Origin: an uncultured bacterium
Lineage (GTDB): Bacteria > Patescibacteriota > Minisyncoccia > Moranbacterales > GWC2-37-73
Assembly: GCA_903861715.1 (NCBI GenBank)
Contig: CAIOVI010000019.1
Coordinates: 5,936-69,935, forward strand
Length of the DNA: 64,000 nucleotides
Reading direction: 5' to 3'
How positions within the stretch are numbered: position 1 is the first letter of the stretch; each line of letters starts with the position of its first letter. Below are positions 47,816-56,316 of this stretch, one piece after another. The position numbers were made by a program, and so were the translations under genes. Below the pieces are notes generated by a model. It searched no databases. It saw only the letters and a list, made by a program, of their open reading frames with translations, and was not told the DNA's origin.

Positions 47816-48646
47816 ATGGCAATTAAAGTATACAAAAAGAATACCGCAGGTAGGCGAAATATGAGTATTGTGAAGCCTGATGATTTGACCAAGAAGAAAC
47901 CTGAGAAATCTTTGCTGGCGCCAATGACTCAAAAGGCTGGACGCAGTCACGGCAAGATTTCAACCAGGCATCAAGGTGGTGGACACAAGAGACGCTATCG
48001 CTTGGTGGATTTCAAGCAACAAAAATTTGATATTCCTGGAAAAATTATTGCGATTGAACGAGACCCAAACAGAAGCGCTTTGATTGCTTTGGTTTCATAT
48101 AAAGATGGAGACAAACGATACGTGTTGGCTTCAGAAGGGATGAAGCAAGATGTGGAAATTGTGTCAGGCGAAAGCGCACCAATCAAAAAAGGTAATCGAA
48201 CCGTGCTGCGAAACATTCCTTCGGGAACAATCATCTCGAACATTGAATTAGTGGTTGGCAAAGGCGGACAACTTTCACGTAGCGCTGGATCCGGAGCAAC
48301 TTTGATGGCTATTGATGGAAAGATGGCGCAATTGAAAATGTCCTCGAATGAAATTCGTTTGGTGAGCAAAGATTGCTATGCAACTATTGGAAAAGTGAGC
48401 AACTTCGAACATAGCGCTGAAAAAATTGGAAAGGCTGGAAGAAACAGATGGAAAGGCAAACGACCAGAAGTTCGCGGATCAGCCATGAATCCAGTTGATC
48501 ATCCACACGGAGGAGGAGAAGGCCGACAAGGAATTGGATTGAAACATCCGAAGACTCCATGGGGCAAGCCAGCTCTCGGAAAGAAGACCAGAAAGAAGAA
48601 AAGATACAGTGATAAGTTTATTGTCAAGCGAAGAGTCAAGAAATAG
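47816..48646 (+). CDS. rplB: 50S ribosomal protein L2
   Basis: Canonical uL2 sequence including HPHGGGEG. Confidence 0.95.
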   Translation: MAIKVYKKNTAGRRNMSIVKPDDLTKKKPEKSLLAPMTQKAGRSHGKISTRHQGGGHKRRYRLVDFKQQKFDIPGKIIAIERDPNRSALIALVSYKDGDKRYVLASEGMKQDVEIVSGESAPIKKGNRTVLRNIPSGTIISNIELVVGKGGQLSRSAGSGATLMAIDGKMAQLKMSSNEIRLVSKDCYATIGKVSNFEHSAEKIGKAGRNRWKGKRPEVRGSAMNPVDHPHGGGEGRQGIGLKHPKTPWGKPALGKKTRKKKRYSDKFIVKRRVKK

Positions 48647-48745
48647 ATACGAATGATGATACGAATTACATCCGAATTATATACGAATATAATTTACGGA
48701 TAATTCGGATATAATTAGGATATAATTTGAATAATAAATTAGGAT
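48647..48745 (+). repeat. r-protein intergenic repeat (type 1)
   Basis: atacgaatgatgatacgaattacatccgaattatatacgaatataatttacggataattcggatataattaggatataatttgaataataaattaggat. Confidence 0.85.
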
Positions 48746-49093
48746 ATGTCAAGAAGTTTAAAGAAAGGACCATTTGTTGATGAGCGCGTTGTGAAGAAAG
48801 TTCTCAATGCAACTCCAGGGCAAGGCACAATTAAAACTTGGTCACGAGCCTGCACAATTACGCCTGAAATGATTGGTTTCACTTTTGGAGTGCATAACGG
48901 CAAAGAATTTATTCCAGTTTATGTCACAGAAGAAACGGTTGGACACCGACTGGGGGAATTTTCACCAACTCGCAAATTTGTCAGACATGGAGGTAAAATG
49001 CAGAAAGAAATAGAATCAGCCGCCAAGCAAAAAGCCCAAGATGCAGCCAAAGCAGCCAAGGCTGAGCCAGCAGGAGGAGCGAAGAAGAAATAG
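48746..49093 (+). CDS. rpsS: 30S ribosomal protein S19 (with Ala/Lys-rich C-terminal extension)
   Basis: [11 protein letters not shown] ... [13 protein letters not shown] uS19 core. Confidence 0.9.
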   Translation: MSRSLKKGPFVDERVVKKVLNATPGQGTIKTWSRACTITPEMIGFTFGVHNGKEFIPVYVTEETVGHRLGEFSPTRKFVRHGGKMQKEIESAAKQKAQDAAKAAKAEPAGGAKKK

Positions 49094-49194
49094 ATACGAA
49101 TGTTGATACAAATTACATCCGAATTATATACGAATATAATTTATGAAAAATCCGGATATAATTAGGATATAATTCGAATAATAAATTAGGATAT
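49094..49194 (+). repeat. r-protein intergenic repeat (type 1)
   Basis: Near-identical to 48647-48745. Confidence 0.85.
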
Positions 49195-49779
49195 ATGAAA
49201 GTTAAAGCCTCACTCAAAAATTTAAGAATGTCTCCCCGAAAGGTCAGATTGGTCACCCGTAGTATTGTGGGCATGAATGTTGCTCAAGCCTTGATTCAAT
49301 TGCAAAATTTGGTCAAGAAAACGAGCAATCCTTTGGAGAAATTACTGCGAAGCGCTATTGCTAACGCCGAAAACAATTTTGGATTGGACAAAGACAATTT
49401 GTTTGTCAACAATATCCAAGTTGGTGGAGGACCAAGTTTGAAACGCTGGCTCCCGAGGGCTCAAGGACGAGCGACACTGATTTTGAAGAGAACTTGTCAA
49501 ATTGATCTGGAATTGGAAGAAAGTGTGGAAGGCAAGAATCGCAAATCGAAAGAGCAATTGGAAAAAGAAAGAGCGCAGCGAGAGAAGGCGACGCAAAAAA
49601 CAACTAAGGTGGAAGAAGTGAATGAAGCGGAAGTTGTGGATGAAGCGAAACCAGCGGAAACAGTAACTCAAAAAACAGTCACCAAAAAAACTCCAGTCAA
49701 GAAAGAAGTTCCCAAGAAAGGACAACAGAAAGATGGCAATTTTTTGAATAAAGTGTTTCAGCGAAAATCAGGAGTATAA
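49195..49779 (+). CDS. rplV: 50S ribosomal protein L22 (with long charged C-terminal extension)
   Basis: uL22 core over the first 110 aa, followed by a Lys/Glu-rich tail. Confidence 0.9.
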   Translation: MKVKASLKNLRMSPRKVRLVTRSIVGMNVAQALIQLQNLVKKTSNPLEKLLRSAIANAENNFGLDKDNLFVNNIQVGGGPSLKRWLPRAQGRATLILKRTCQIDLELEESVEGKNRKSKEQLEKERAQREKATQKTTKVEEVNEAEVVDEAKPAETVTQKTVTKKTPVKKEVPKKGQQKDGNFLNKVFQRKSGV

Positions 49780-49883
49780 ATACGAATGAGATGCAAATTA
49801 TGGACGAATTGGATGCGAATGTGGCATAAAGTTTAAAAATTGGGATATAATTAGTATATAATTAGGATATTAAATTAGAATAT
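49780..49883 (+). repeat. r-protein intergenic repeat (type 1, degenerate copy)
   Basis: Starts atacgaatgagatgcaaattatggacgaatt and ends gatataattagtatataattaggatattaaattagaatat. Confidence 0.6.
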
Positions 49884-50540
49884 ATGGGACATAAAGTAAA
49901 CCCAATAGGATTGCGAATAGGTATTACCAACACTTGGAAATCGAGGTGGTTTTCTGACAAGGATTATACCAAAAAGCTCAAAGAAGACATTCAAATCAGG
50001 GAATTCATCAAAAAGAAATACAAGAGTGCTGCTATTGCAGAGGTTGAAATTCATCGCAGTGCTGGCACCTTGAAACTGATTTTGAAAACTTCCAGACCTG
50101 GAGTTTTGATTGGGCGCGGCGGAAATGGAATCGGTGACATCAGCAAAATAATCAAAGATAAGTTCTTCGCTGGTCGAAAGATCGATTTGAAAATTGAAGC
50201 TCAGGAAGTTCGTCAGTTTGAAGAAAATGCTTCACTGGTTGCACAAAGCGTGGCTGAACAGTTGGAAAAACGAGTGCCTTTCAGAAGAATTTTGAAGTCA
50301 ACACTGGACACAGTTGAGAAAAATAGAATTGTCAAAGGAGTGAAAATTGAAGTTTCCGGACGCTTGGGTGGAGCTGAAATGTCTCGTCGAGAATGGCTTT
50401 CAAGAGGAACGGTGCCGCTGCACACTTTGCGAGCAGACATTGATTTCGCCAAGGCAACTGCCTTTACAACCTATGGAGCCATTGGAGTGAAGACTTGGAT
50501 TTACAAAGGAGAGGTGTTTGATGAAAAAAATGCGAATTAA
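49884..50540 (+). CDS. rpsC: 30S ribosomal protein S3
   Basis: GHKVNPIGLRIG uS3 N-terminus and KH domain. Confidence 0.95.
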   Translation: MGHKVNPIGLRIGITNTWKSRWFSDKDYTKKLKEDIQIREFIKKKYKSAAIAEVEIHRSAGTLKLILKTSRPGVLIGRGGNGIGDISKIIKDKFFAGRKIDLKIEAQEVRQFEENASLVAQSVAEQLEKRVPFRRILKSTLDTVEKNRIVKGVKIEVSGRLGGAEMSRREWLSRGTVPLHTLRADIDFAKATAFTTYGAIGVKTWIYKGEVFDEKNAN

Positions 50541-50631
50541 TTTGAATCTGATTTAAAATGATTGCGAGTGTAGCAAAGTATTAGAGAAAATTAGTGACAT
50601 AATTAGTGTGGATTAGGGATTTACCAAATAT
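50541..50631 (+). repeat. r-protein intergenic repeat (type 2)
   Basis: gtattagagaaaattagtgacataattagtgtggattagggatttac. Confidence 0.7.
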
Positions 50632-51045
50632 ATGTTGATGCCAAAAAAAGTTAAACACAGAAAGATTCACCGAGGAGGAGAAATTCGGGGAGTTGCAACC
50701 AAAGGTAATGCCGTGAGTTTCGGCAGCTTTGGACTCAAGGCCGAAACCTCAGGACTGATTTCAGCTCGTCAAATTGAAGCTGCTCGAAGAGCGATGACCA
50801 GATATGTGAAAAGAGGTGGCAAGATTTGGATCAGGATTTTTCCGGACAAGCCAATGACCAAAAAAGGTGATGAAACTCCGATGGGTAAAGGAAAAGGTAG
50901 TGTGGATCATTTTGTAGCTAAGATTAAGGAGGGAAGAATGTTGTTTGAAATGGATGGGATCGATGTTTCAGTTGCCAAGGAGGCAATGAGACTTGCTTCT
51001 CACAAATTGTGTGTCAAAACAAAATTTGTGGCAAAGGAAAAATAG
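50632..51045 (+). CDS. rplP: 50S ribosomal protein L16
   Basis: [15 protein letters not shown] uL16 N-terminus. Confidence 0.95.
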   Translation: MLMPKKVKHRKIHRGGEIRGVATKGNAVSFGSFGLKAETSGLISARQIEAARRAMTRYVKRGGKIWIRIFPDKPMTKKGDETPMGKGKGSVDHFVAKIKEGRMLFEMDGIDVSVAKEAMRLASHKLCVKTKFVAKEK

Positions 51046-51147
51046 TATCCGAATGTTGATACAGATTACATCCGAATTGTATACGAATATAATTCATGAA
51101 CAATCCGGATATAATTAGGATATAATTCGAATAATAAATTAGGATAT
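51046..51147 (+). repeat. r-protein intergenic repeat (type 1)
   Basis: tatccgaatgttgatacagattacatccgaattgtatacgaatataattcatgaacaatccggatataattaggatataattcgaataataaattaggatat. Confidence 0.85.
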
Positions 51148-51336
51148 ATGAAAATTCAGGAAATTAGAGATTTAAATATTGAGCAAATCAAAAAGCTCAT
51201 TGCCGAGAAAAGAACGCAGGCAGTGAAACTTCGTTTTGATATTGCAGCTCGCCAGCTCAAAAATCATCGTGAGTATCGAGCTATCAAGAAAGATGTCGCT
51301 CAAGCGTTGACGGTTTTGAAGCAACTCGAGCAATAA
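51148..51336 (+). CDS. rpmC: 50S ribosomal protein L29
   Basis: Helical protein of about 62 aa with the uL29 pattern, at the expected position. Confidence 0.85.
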   Translation: MKIQEIRDLNIEQIKKLIAEKRTQAVKLRFDIAARQLKNHREYRAIKKDVAQALTVLKQLEQ

Positions 51337-51441
51337 AAGAATAATGTGAATGTCGATACGAGTTATGTCCGAATTATATGCAAATATAATTTAAGGACAA
51401 TTCGGATATAATTAGGATATAATTAGGATAAAAATTAGGAT
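51337..51441 (+). repeat. r-protein intergenic repeat (type 1)
   Basis: ... gtccgaattatatgcaaatataatttaaggacaattcggatataattaggatataattaggataaaaattaggat. Confidence 0.8.
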
Positions 51442-51681
51442 ATGACAAACACCACTAAAAAATTAGCAACCAAAAAAGGAAAAGTTGTGAGCGACTCAAT
51501 GGACAAAACCATTGTGGTTGCAGTTCAAACGCTGAAAACTCATCCGAAATATTTGAAGAAATATCGCTCGACCAAGAAATACAAGGTTCACGACGCAGAA
51601 AACAAGCACAAGGTTGGAGAAGTGGTGGAATTTGTGCAATGCAGGCCATTAAGCAAGGACAAGAACCACACATTAGCCTAA
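51442..51681 (+). CDS. rpsQ: 30S ribosomal protein S17
   Basis: GKVVSDSMDKTIVVAV ... YKVHDE uS17 blocks. Confidence 0.9.
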   Translation: MTNTTKKLATKKGKVVSDSMDKTIVVAVQTLKTHPKYLKKYRSTKKYKVHDAENKHKVGEVVEFVQCRPLSKDKNHTLA

Positions 51682-51781
51682 AATACGAATGTTGATACGA
51701 ATTAATCCGAATTATATGTAAATATAGTTTGAGGACAATTCGGATATAATTAGGATATAATTTGGATAAAAATTAGGATAT
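51682..51781 (+). repeat. r-protein intergenic repeat (type 1)
   Basis: aatacgaatgttgatacgaattaatccgaattatatgtaaatatagtttgaggacaattcggatataattaggatataatttggataaaaattaggatat. Confidence 0.85.
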
Positions 51782-52147
51782 ATGATTCAAGCAGAAACAA
51801 GATTAAGAGCAGCTGATAATTCTGGAGCAAAAGTGATTGAATGCTTCAAGATTCTGGGTGGAACTCGCAGGCGTTATGCCTCTGTGGGCGACATCATTGT
51901 TTGCTCTGTTAAATCAGCTGAACCGAGAGGCTTGGTGAAGAAAGGAGACAAAGTTCGCGCCGTGATTGTCAGACAGAAAAAAGCCTACAGACGCAAAGAT
52001 GGATCCTATATCCGTTTTGATGAAAATGCTGCGGTGATTGTTAATGAAAAAGAGCCGAAAGGAACCCGTATTTTTGGACCAATTGCCAGAGAATTGCGTG
52101 AAAAAGGTTTTGCCAAGATTGTGTCATTGGCGCCAGAAGTATTATAG
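51782..52147 (+). CDS. rplN: 50S ribosomal protein L14
   Basis: [17 protein letters not shown] uL14 N-terminus. Confidence 0.95.
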   Translation: MIQAETRLRAADNSGAKVIECFKILGGTRRRYASVGDIIVCSVKSAEPRGLVKKGDKVRAVIVRQKKAYRRKDGSYIRFDENAAVIVNEKEPKGTRIFGPIARELREKGFAKIVSLAPEVL

Positions 52148-52248
52148 ATACGAATGTTGATACGAATTACATCCGAATTATATTTACGAATATAATTTAC
52201 GGACAATTCGGATATAATTAGGATATAATTCGAATAATAAATTAGGAT
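52148..52248 (+). repeat. r-protein intergenic repeat (type 1; differs at one position from the 53930-54030 copy)
   Basis: atacgaatgttgatacgaattacatccgaattatatttacgaatataatttacggacaattcggatataattaggatataattcgaataataaattaggat. Confidence 0.9.
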
Positions 52249-52554
52249 ATGAGAATTAAAAAAGGAGACCTCGTGAAAAAAATTGCAGGCAAGGATAAGG
52301 GAAAACAAGGCAAAGTCTTGCGAACTGTGCCAAGCGAGGGAAAAATTGTGGTTGAAAAAATGAACATTGTGAAAAAGCACAAGAAGGCTCGCCGAGAAGG
52401 AGAAAAGGGACAAAGAGTTGAAATTGCTGCTCCCTTTGATGCTTCGAACGCAATGTTGATTTGTCCATCCTGTGGAAAAGCAACTCGAACTTCCTATGCT
52501 TTTATCAAAGAAAGGAAAGTGCGAGTTTGCAAGAAATGTGGGAAGGAAATCTAG
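52249..52554 (+). CDS. rplX: 50S ribosomal protein L24 with a C-terminal CxxC...CxxC zinc-ribbon-like tail
   Basis: KOW region KKGDLVKKIAGKDKGKQGKV. The C-terminus CPSCGKATRTSYAFIKERKVRVCKKCGKEI replaces the usual uL24 tail. Confidence 0.85.
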   Translation: MRIKKGDLVKKIAGKDKGKQGKVLRTVPSEGKIVVEKMNIVKKHKKARREGEKGQRVEIAAPFDASNAMLICPSCGKATRTSYAFIKERKVRVCKKCGKEI

Positions 52555-52664
52555 ATACGAATTATGATGCGAATTATGTCCGAATATAATCCAAATCAAT
52601 AAATCAGTTTTTTATAAAAAATTCGGAAGAAATTAGGATGTAATTTGAATAAAAATTAGGATAT
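52555..52664 (+). repeat. r-protein intergenic repeat (type 1b subfamily)
   Basis: atacgaattatgatgcgaattatgtccgaatataatccaaatca ... aattaggatgtaatttgaataaaaattaggatat. Confidence 0.8.
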
Positions 52665-53213
52665 ATGAAAATAACTCCAGCAAAAGAAAAATATACGAAA
52701 ACTGTTGCAGCTCAAATGCAAGAGAAATTTGGATATAAAAGCGTCATGGCAGTGCCTCGAATCAAGAAAGTGGTGGTTAATGTTGGAATTGGCAAGATTG
52801 TGAAGGAAAATGATAAAATTGAGGAAGTCGTCAATACTTTGACCGCTATTACTGGGCAAAAACCTGTCAAAACCAAAGCCAAGAAAGCGATTGCCGGTTT
52901 TAAAACCAGAGAAGGCATGGAAGTTGGCGTGAAAGTGACTTTGCGAGGAGCTCGGATGTGGCAGTTTATTGACAGATTGATTGTGGCTACCTTGCCAAGA
53001 ACAAGAGATTTCCAAGGCATCACCCGTAAATCAGTTGACAGCCATGGGAATATAAACATTGGAATCAAGGAGCATTTGATTTTTCCTGAGATTTCCCCTG
53101 AACGTGTAAAATATACTTTCGGATTGCAAGCGACAGTTTCAACGACTGCCACCTCACAAGCAGAAGGTTTGGAATTATTTAAATTATTAGGATTTCCGCT
53201 GAAAAGCGAATAA
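52665..53213 (+). CDS. rplE: 50S ribosomal protein L5
   Basis: KEKYTKTVAAQMQEKFGYKSVMAVPRIKKVVVNVGIG is canonical uL5. Confidence 0.95.
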   Translation: MKITPAKEKYTKTVAAQMQEKFGYKSVMAVPRIKKVVVNVGIGKIVKENDKIEEVVNTLTAITGQKPVKTKAKKAIAGFKTREGMEVGVKVTLRGARMWQFIDRLIVATLPRTRDFQGITRKSVDSHGNINIGIKEHLIFPEISPERVKYTFGLQATVSTTATSQAEGLELFKLLGFPLKSE

Positions 53214-53233
53214 GTAAAATTGATTAAATAAAT

Positions 53234-53419
53234 ATGGCGAAAACATCTACCCAAGCTAGAGCAGAAAAAAAACCAAAATTTTCGACCCGTGAGGTGCGAA
53301 GGTGTTGGCGTTGTGGTCGGAAACATGGTTATCTTCGAGCCTTTGATATTTGCAGAATTTGCTTTCGCGAGTTGGCAAGTAAAGGAGAACTGCCGGGGGT
53401 AAAGAAAAGTAGTTGGTAA
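53234..53419 (+). CDS. rpsN: 30S ribosomal protein S14 (type Z, zinc-binding, 61 aa)
   Basis: [23 protein letters not shown]. Confidence 0.9.
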   Translation: MAKTSTQARAEKKPKFSTREVRRCWRCGRKHGYLRAFDICRICFRELASKGELPGVKKSSW

Positions 53420-53524
53420 ATACGAATTATTTATCCGAATTACATCCGAATTATATGAAGATATGATTTGTGAATAATCCAGATAAAAAATAAGATAATT
53501 ATAATTAGGATAAAGAATTAGAAT
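53420..53524 (+). repeat. r-protein intergenic repeat (type 1, diverged 3' half)
   Basis: atacgaattatttatccgaattacatccgaattatatgaagatatgatt ... ataattaggataaagaattagaat. Confidence 0.7.
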
Positions 53525-53929
53525 ATGTTAGATCCAATAGCAGACATGCTCACAAGAATTAGAAACGCCCAGCGAGCGAAACACAAAGAGGTTTCGGTGC
53601 CGTTTTCGAAGTTGAAATATTCTATTGCTCAAATTTTGCAGCAAAGACATTTCATTCAAGCTGTCAAAAAAGAAGATGGAGAGAAATTTCCAGTGCTCAA
53701 CATTACTTTGAAATATGAGGTTGTTTCCAACACGGAGAAAAATCCTGCCATTCGGGAGATCAAGAGAGTGAGTCGAGAAGGTCAGCGGATTTATGTGAAA
53801 AAGACTGACATCAAGCGAATCAAGAACGGCTATGGAATTTCAATTGTTTCCACTTCCAAGGGTATGATGACTGGAGACAGTGCCAGAAAATTGGGATTGG
53901 GCGGGGAAATAATTTGTGAGGTCTGGTAG
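53525..53929 (+). CDS. rpsH: 30S ribosomal protein S8
   Basis: DPIADMLTRIRNA uS8 N-terminus. Confidence 0.95.
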   Translation: MLDPIADMLTRIRNAQRAKHKEVSVPFSKLKYSIAQILQQRHFIQAVKKEDGEKFPVLNITLKYEVVSNTEKNPAIREIKRVSREGQRIYVKKTDIKRIKNGYGISIVSTSKGMMTGDSARKLGLGGEIICEVW

Positions 53930-54030
53930 ATACGAATGTTGATACGAATTACATCCGAATTATATTTACGAATATAATTTACGGACAATTCGGATATAAT
54001 TAGGATATAATTTGAATAATAAATTAGGAT
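53930..54030 (+). repeat. r-protein intergenic repeat (type 1)
   Basis: Differs from the 52148-52248 copy at one position. Confidence 0.9.
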
Positions 54031-54567
54031 ATGAGTAGAATTGGAAAAAAACCGGTAGCTATTCCTCAGGGAGTGACTATTAATGTAGATAAGAACTTGG
54101 TATCCGTGACTGGGCCAAAGGGCTCACTTAAATTTGAACACCACTCCGATGTGGCGATCGAAATCAGTCCAGAAAGTCTTTTGGTTGAAAAGAAGGGCAA
54201 TGGTAAAAATGCACCAGCGATTTGGGGAACCACGGCTAGGGTTATTGAGAACATGATTGAAGGCGTGACTGTGGGTTTCAAAAAACAACTTGAACTCAAT
54301 GGCGTTGGTTTCCGTATGTCAGTGGCTGGCAAAAAAATCAACTTGGCACTTGGATTTTCACATCCAGTGGAGGTGGTAGTTCCAGCTGAACTTGACGTTA
54401 TTATCGAAGGAAATACCATGACAGTTTCGGGGATTGATAAGCATGCCGTGGGACAATTTTCTGCCAACATCAGAGCGCTTAAACCAGTTGAGCCATATAA
54501 GGGAAAAGGATTTAAATATGTTGGTGAACATGTGAGACGCAAAGAAGGCAAGAAATCATCGAAATAA
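54031..54567 (+). CDS. rplF: 50S ribosomal protein L6
   Basis: SRIGKKPVAIPQGV uL6 N-terminus. Confidence 0.95.
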   Translation: MSRIGKKPVAIPQGVTINVDKNLVSVTGPKGSLKFEHHSDVAIEISPESLLVEKKGNGKNAPAIWGTTARVIENMIEGVTVGFKKQLELNGVGFRMSVAGKKINLALGFSHPVEVVVPAELDVIIEGNTMTVSGIDKHAVGQFSANIRALKPVEPYKGKGFKYVGEHVRRKEGKKSSK

Positions 54568-54653
54568 GGCATCCGAAAAGCGCACTACGAAAGCGCCCAT
54601 ACGAAATTTCGTAGATTCGCATTTAATTCGTAGATTCGTATCGGTAAATCATT

Positions 54654-55004
54654 ATGAAAAAAATAAGTAACAATAGCAATCGTTTGCAAAGAAAACGCCG
54701 AGTCAGGGCGAAGATTTCAGGCACCGTTGAGCGTCCTCGACTTTCAGTTTTCAAAAGCTTGAAGGGTATCTATGCGCAGGTTATTGATGATGCAACTGGC
54801 AAGACTTTGGCAAGCGCTAAGCTCTCAGAAATCAAAAAAGCTGCCAACACGATTGAGGGCGCTGGAGCAGTTGGAAAATTGGTGGCTGAAAAATGTTTGG
54901 CCGCGAAAATTGAAACAGTAATATTCGACCGATCAGGTTATCAATATCATGGCAAGATAAAAGCTCTCGCAGATGGAGCTCGTGAAGGCGGACTGAAATT
55001 TTAA
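54654..55004 (+). CDS. rplR: 50S ribosomal protein L18
   Basis: [20 protein letters not shown] uL18 block. Confidence 0.9.
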   Translation: MKKISNNSNRLQRKRRVRAKISGTVERPRLSVFKSLKGIYAQVIDDATGKTLASAKLSEIKKAANTIEGAGAVGKLVAEKCLAAKIETVIFDRSGYQYHGKIKALADGAREGGLKF

Positions 55005-55120
55005 GTTAAGTAAACAGAATTAACACGGATTTTTAACAGAATTAACACGGAAACACGGAAACTATTTTGAATTTTTTTGTGTCGTTCTGTAATTTTCTGT
55101 GTAATTCCGTTATAGTATAT

Positions 55121-55654
55121 ATGGACAAAAGATCAGGAAAAAAACCAATGAGAAGAGAGAAGCCAGAATTTGAGCAGAAGCTTTTGGATTTGGCTCGAGT
55201 TACGCGCGTGGTTAAGGGTGGACGAAGATTTCGCTTTCGTGCAACGTTGGTGATTGGAAATCGCAAAGGTCAAGTTGGCGTTGGAGTCGCCAAGGGCTCG
55301 GATGTTTCCGATGCGATTCAAAAGGCTTTCAATGATGCCAAGAAATCTATGATTACTGTGAAATTGTCTGGAAACACAATTCCCCATGACGTTCACATGA
55401 AAAAAGGCAGCGCAAAAATTTTGCTCAAGCCTGCTGCTGAAGGACGTGGAGTTATCGCTGGAGGAGCTGTCAGAGCCGTGGTTGACTTGGCTGGAATTCG
55501 TGACATTGTTTCAAAATCACTCGGAACTTCCAATAAGCTGAATGTGGCCAGAGCAACTATTGAAGCCTTGCGAAGCCTTAAGGAGCCAAGGATCAAAGTC
55601 GAAGCCGTGAAGGCTGAAGTAGTCGTCAAAGATGAGAAAGTAGAAGTTAAATAG
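55121..55654 (+). CDS. rpsE: 30S ribosomal protein S5
   Basis: LLDLARVTRVVKGGRRFRFRATLVIGNRKGQVGVGVAKG is canonical uS5. The start is at MDKRSGKK. Confidence 0.95.
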   Translation: MDKRSGKKPMRREKPEFEQKLLDLARVTRVVKGGRRFRFRATLVIGNRKGQVGVGVAKGSDVSDAIQKAFNDAKKSMITVKLSGNTIPHDVHMKKGSAKILLKPAAEGRGVIAGGAVRAVVDLAGIRDIVSKSLGTSNKLNVARATIEALRSLKEPRIKVEAVKAEVVVKDEKVEVK

Positions 55655-55775
55655 CATTTTTTCTGTTTTATAAATTATTGGCCCCACAAATCTACAAATT
55701 GACTACAAATCTATAAATGCGCATGAATTTATTTGTAGATTTGTATAAGATTCGTAGATTAGTAGGGATATTGTT

Positions 55776-56210
55776 ATGCAAATTCATCAACTTACGCTCA
55801 AAAAAAGGAAGCCAAAAAAGACCGTTGGTCGCGGAGGAAAACGTGGAACTTATTCTGGCCGAGGAAATAAGGGGCAAAAAGCTCGCTCAGGAGCTTCAAT
55901 TGATCCTTTGTTTGAAGGAGGTCGTTCCTCATTGACGGAACGTCTCAAGAAAGTGCGGGGATTCAAATCTCGAACTCCAAAGAAGACCGTGGTGAAGATT
56001 TTTGATTTGGAAAAGAATTTCAAAGATGGCGAGGTTGTTTCAATTGAAAGCTTGATAACTGCCAAGATTATTTCCAAAAAAGATTCAAAGGATGGCGTGA
56101 AAATTTTGACAACTGGTGAAATCACCAAAAAACTCACAATCGACAAAGAACTTTTGCTTTCACAATCTGCCAAAGATGCTATTGTTAAGGCAGGAGGAAC
56201 AATTTTATAG
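55776..56210 (+). CDS. rplO: 50S ribosomal protein L15
   Basis: LKKRKPKKTVGRGGKRGTYSGRGNKGQKARSG uL15 N-terminus. Confidence 0.9.
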   Translation: MQIHQLTLKKRKPKKTVGRGGKRGTYSGRGNKGQKARSGASIDPLFEGGRSSLTERLKKVRGFKSRTPKKTVVKIFDLEKNFKDGEVVSIESLITAKIISKKDSKDGVKILTTGEITKKLTIDKELLLSQSAKDAIVKAGGTIL

Positions 56211-56316
56211 TCATTCAATCATTTAAACATGCAAACAGTTAAACATATTAGCATTTAAACATGGTTTCAATAGGGTGTTGTTTAAATGATTAGATGTTTA
56301 GATGTTAAAATGAAAG

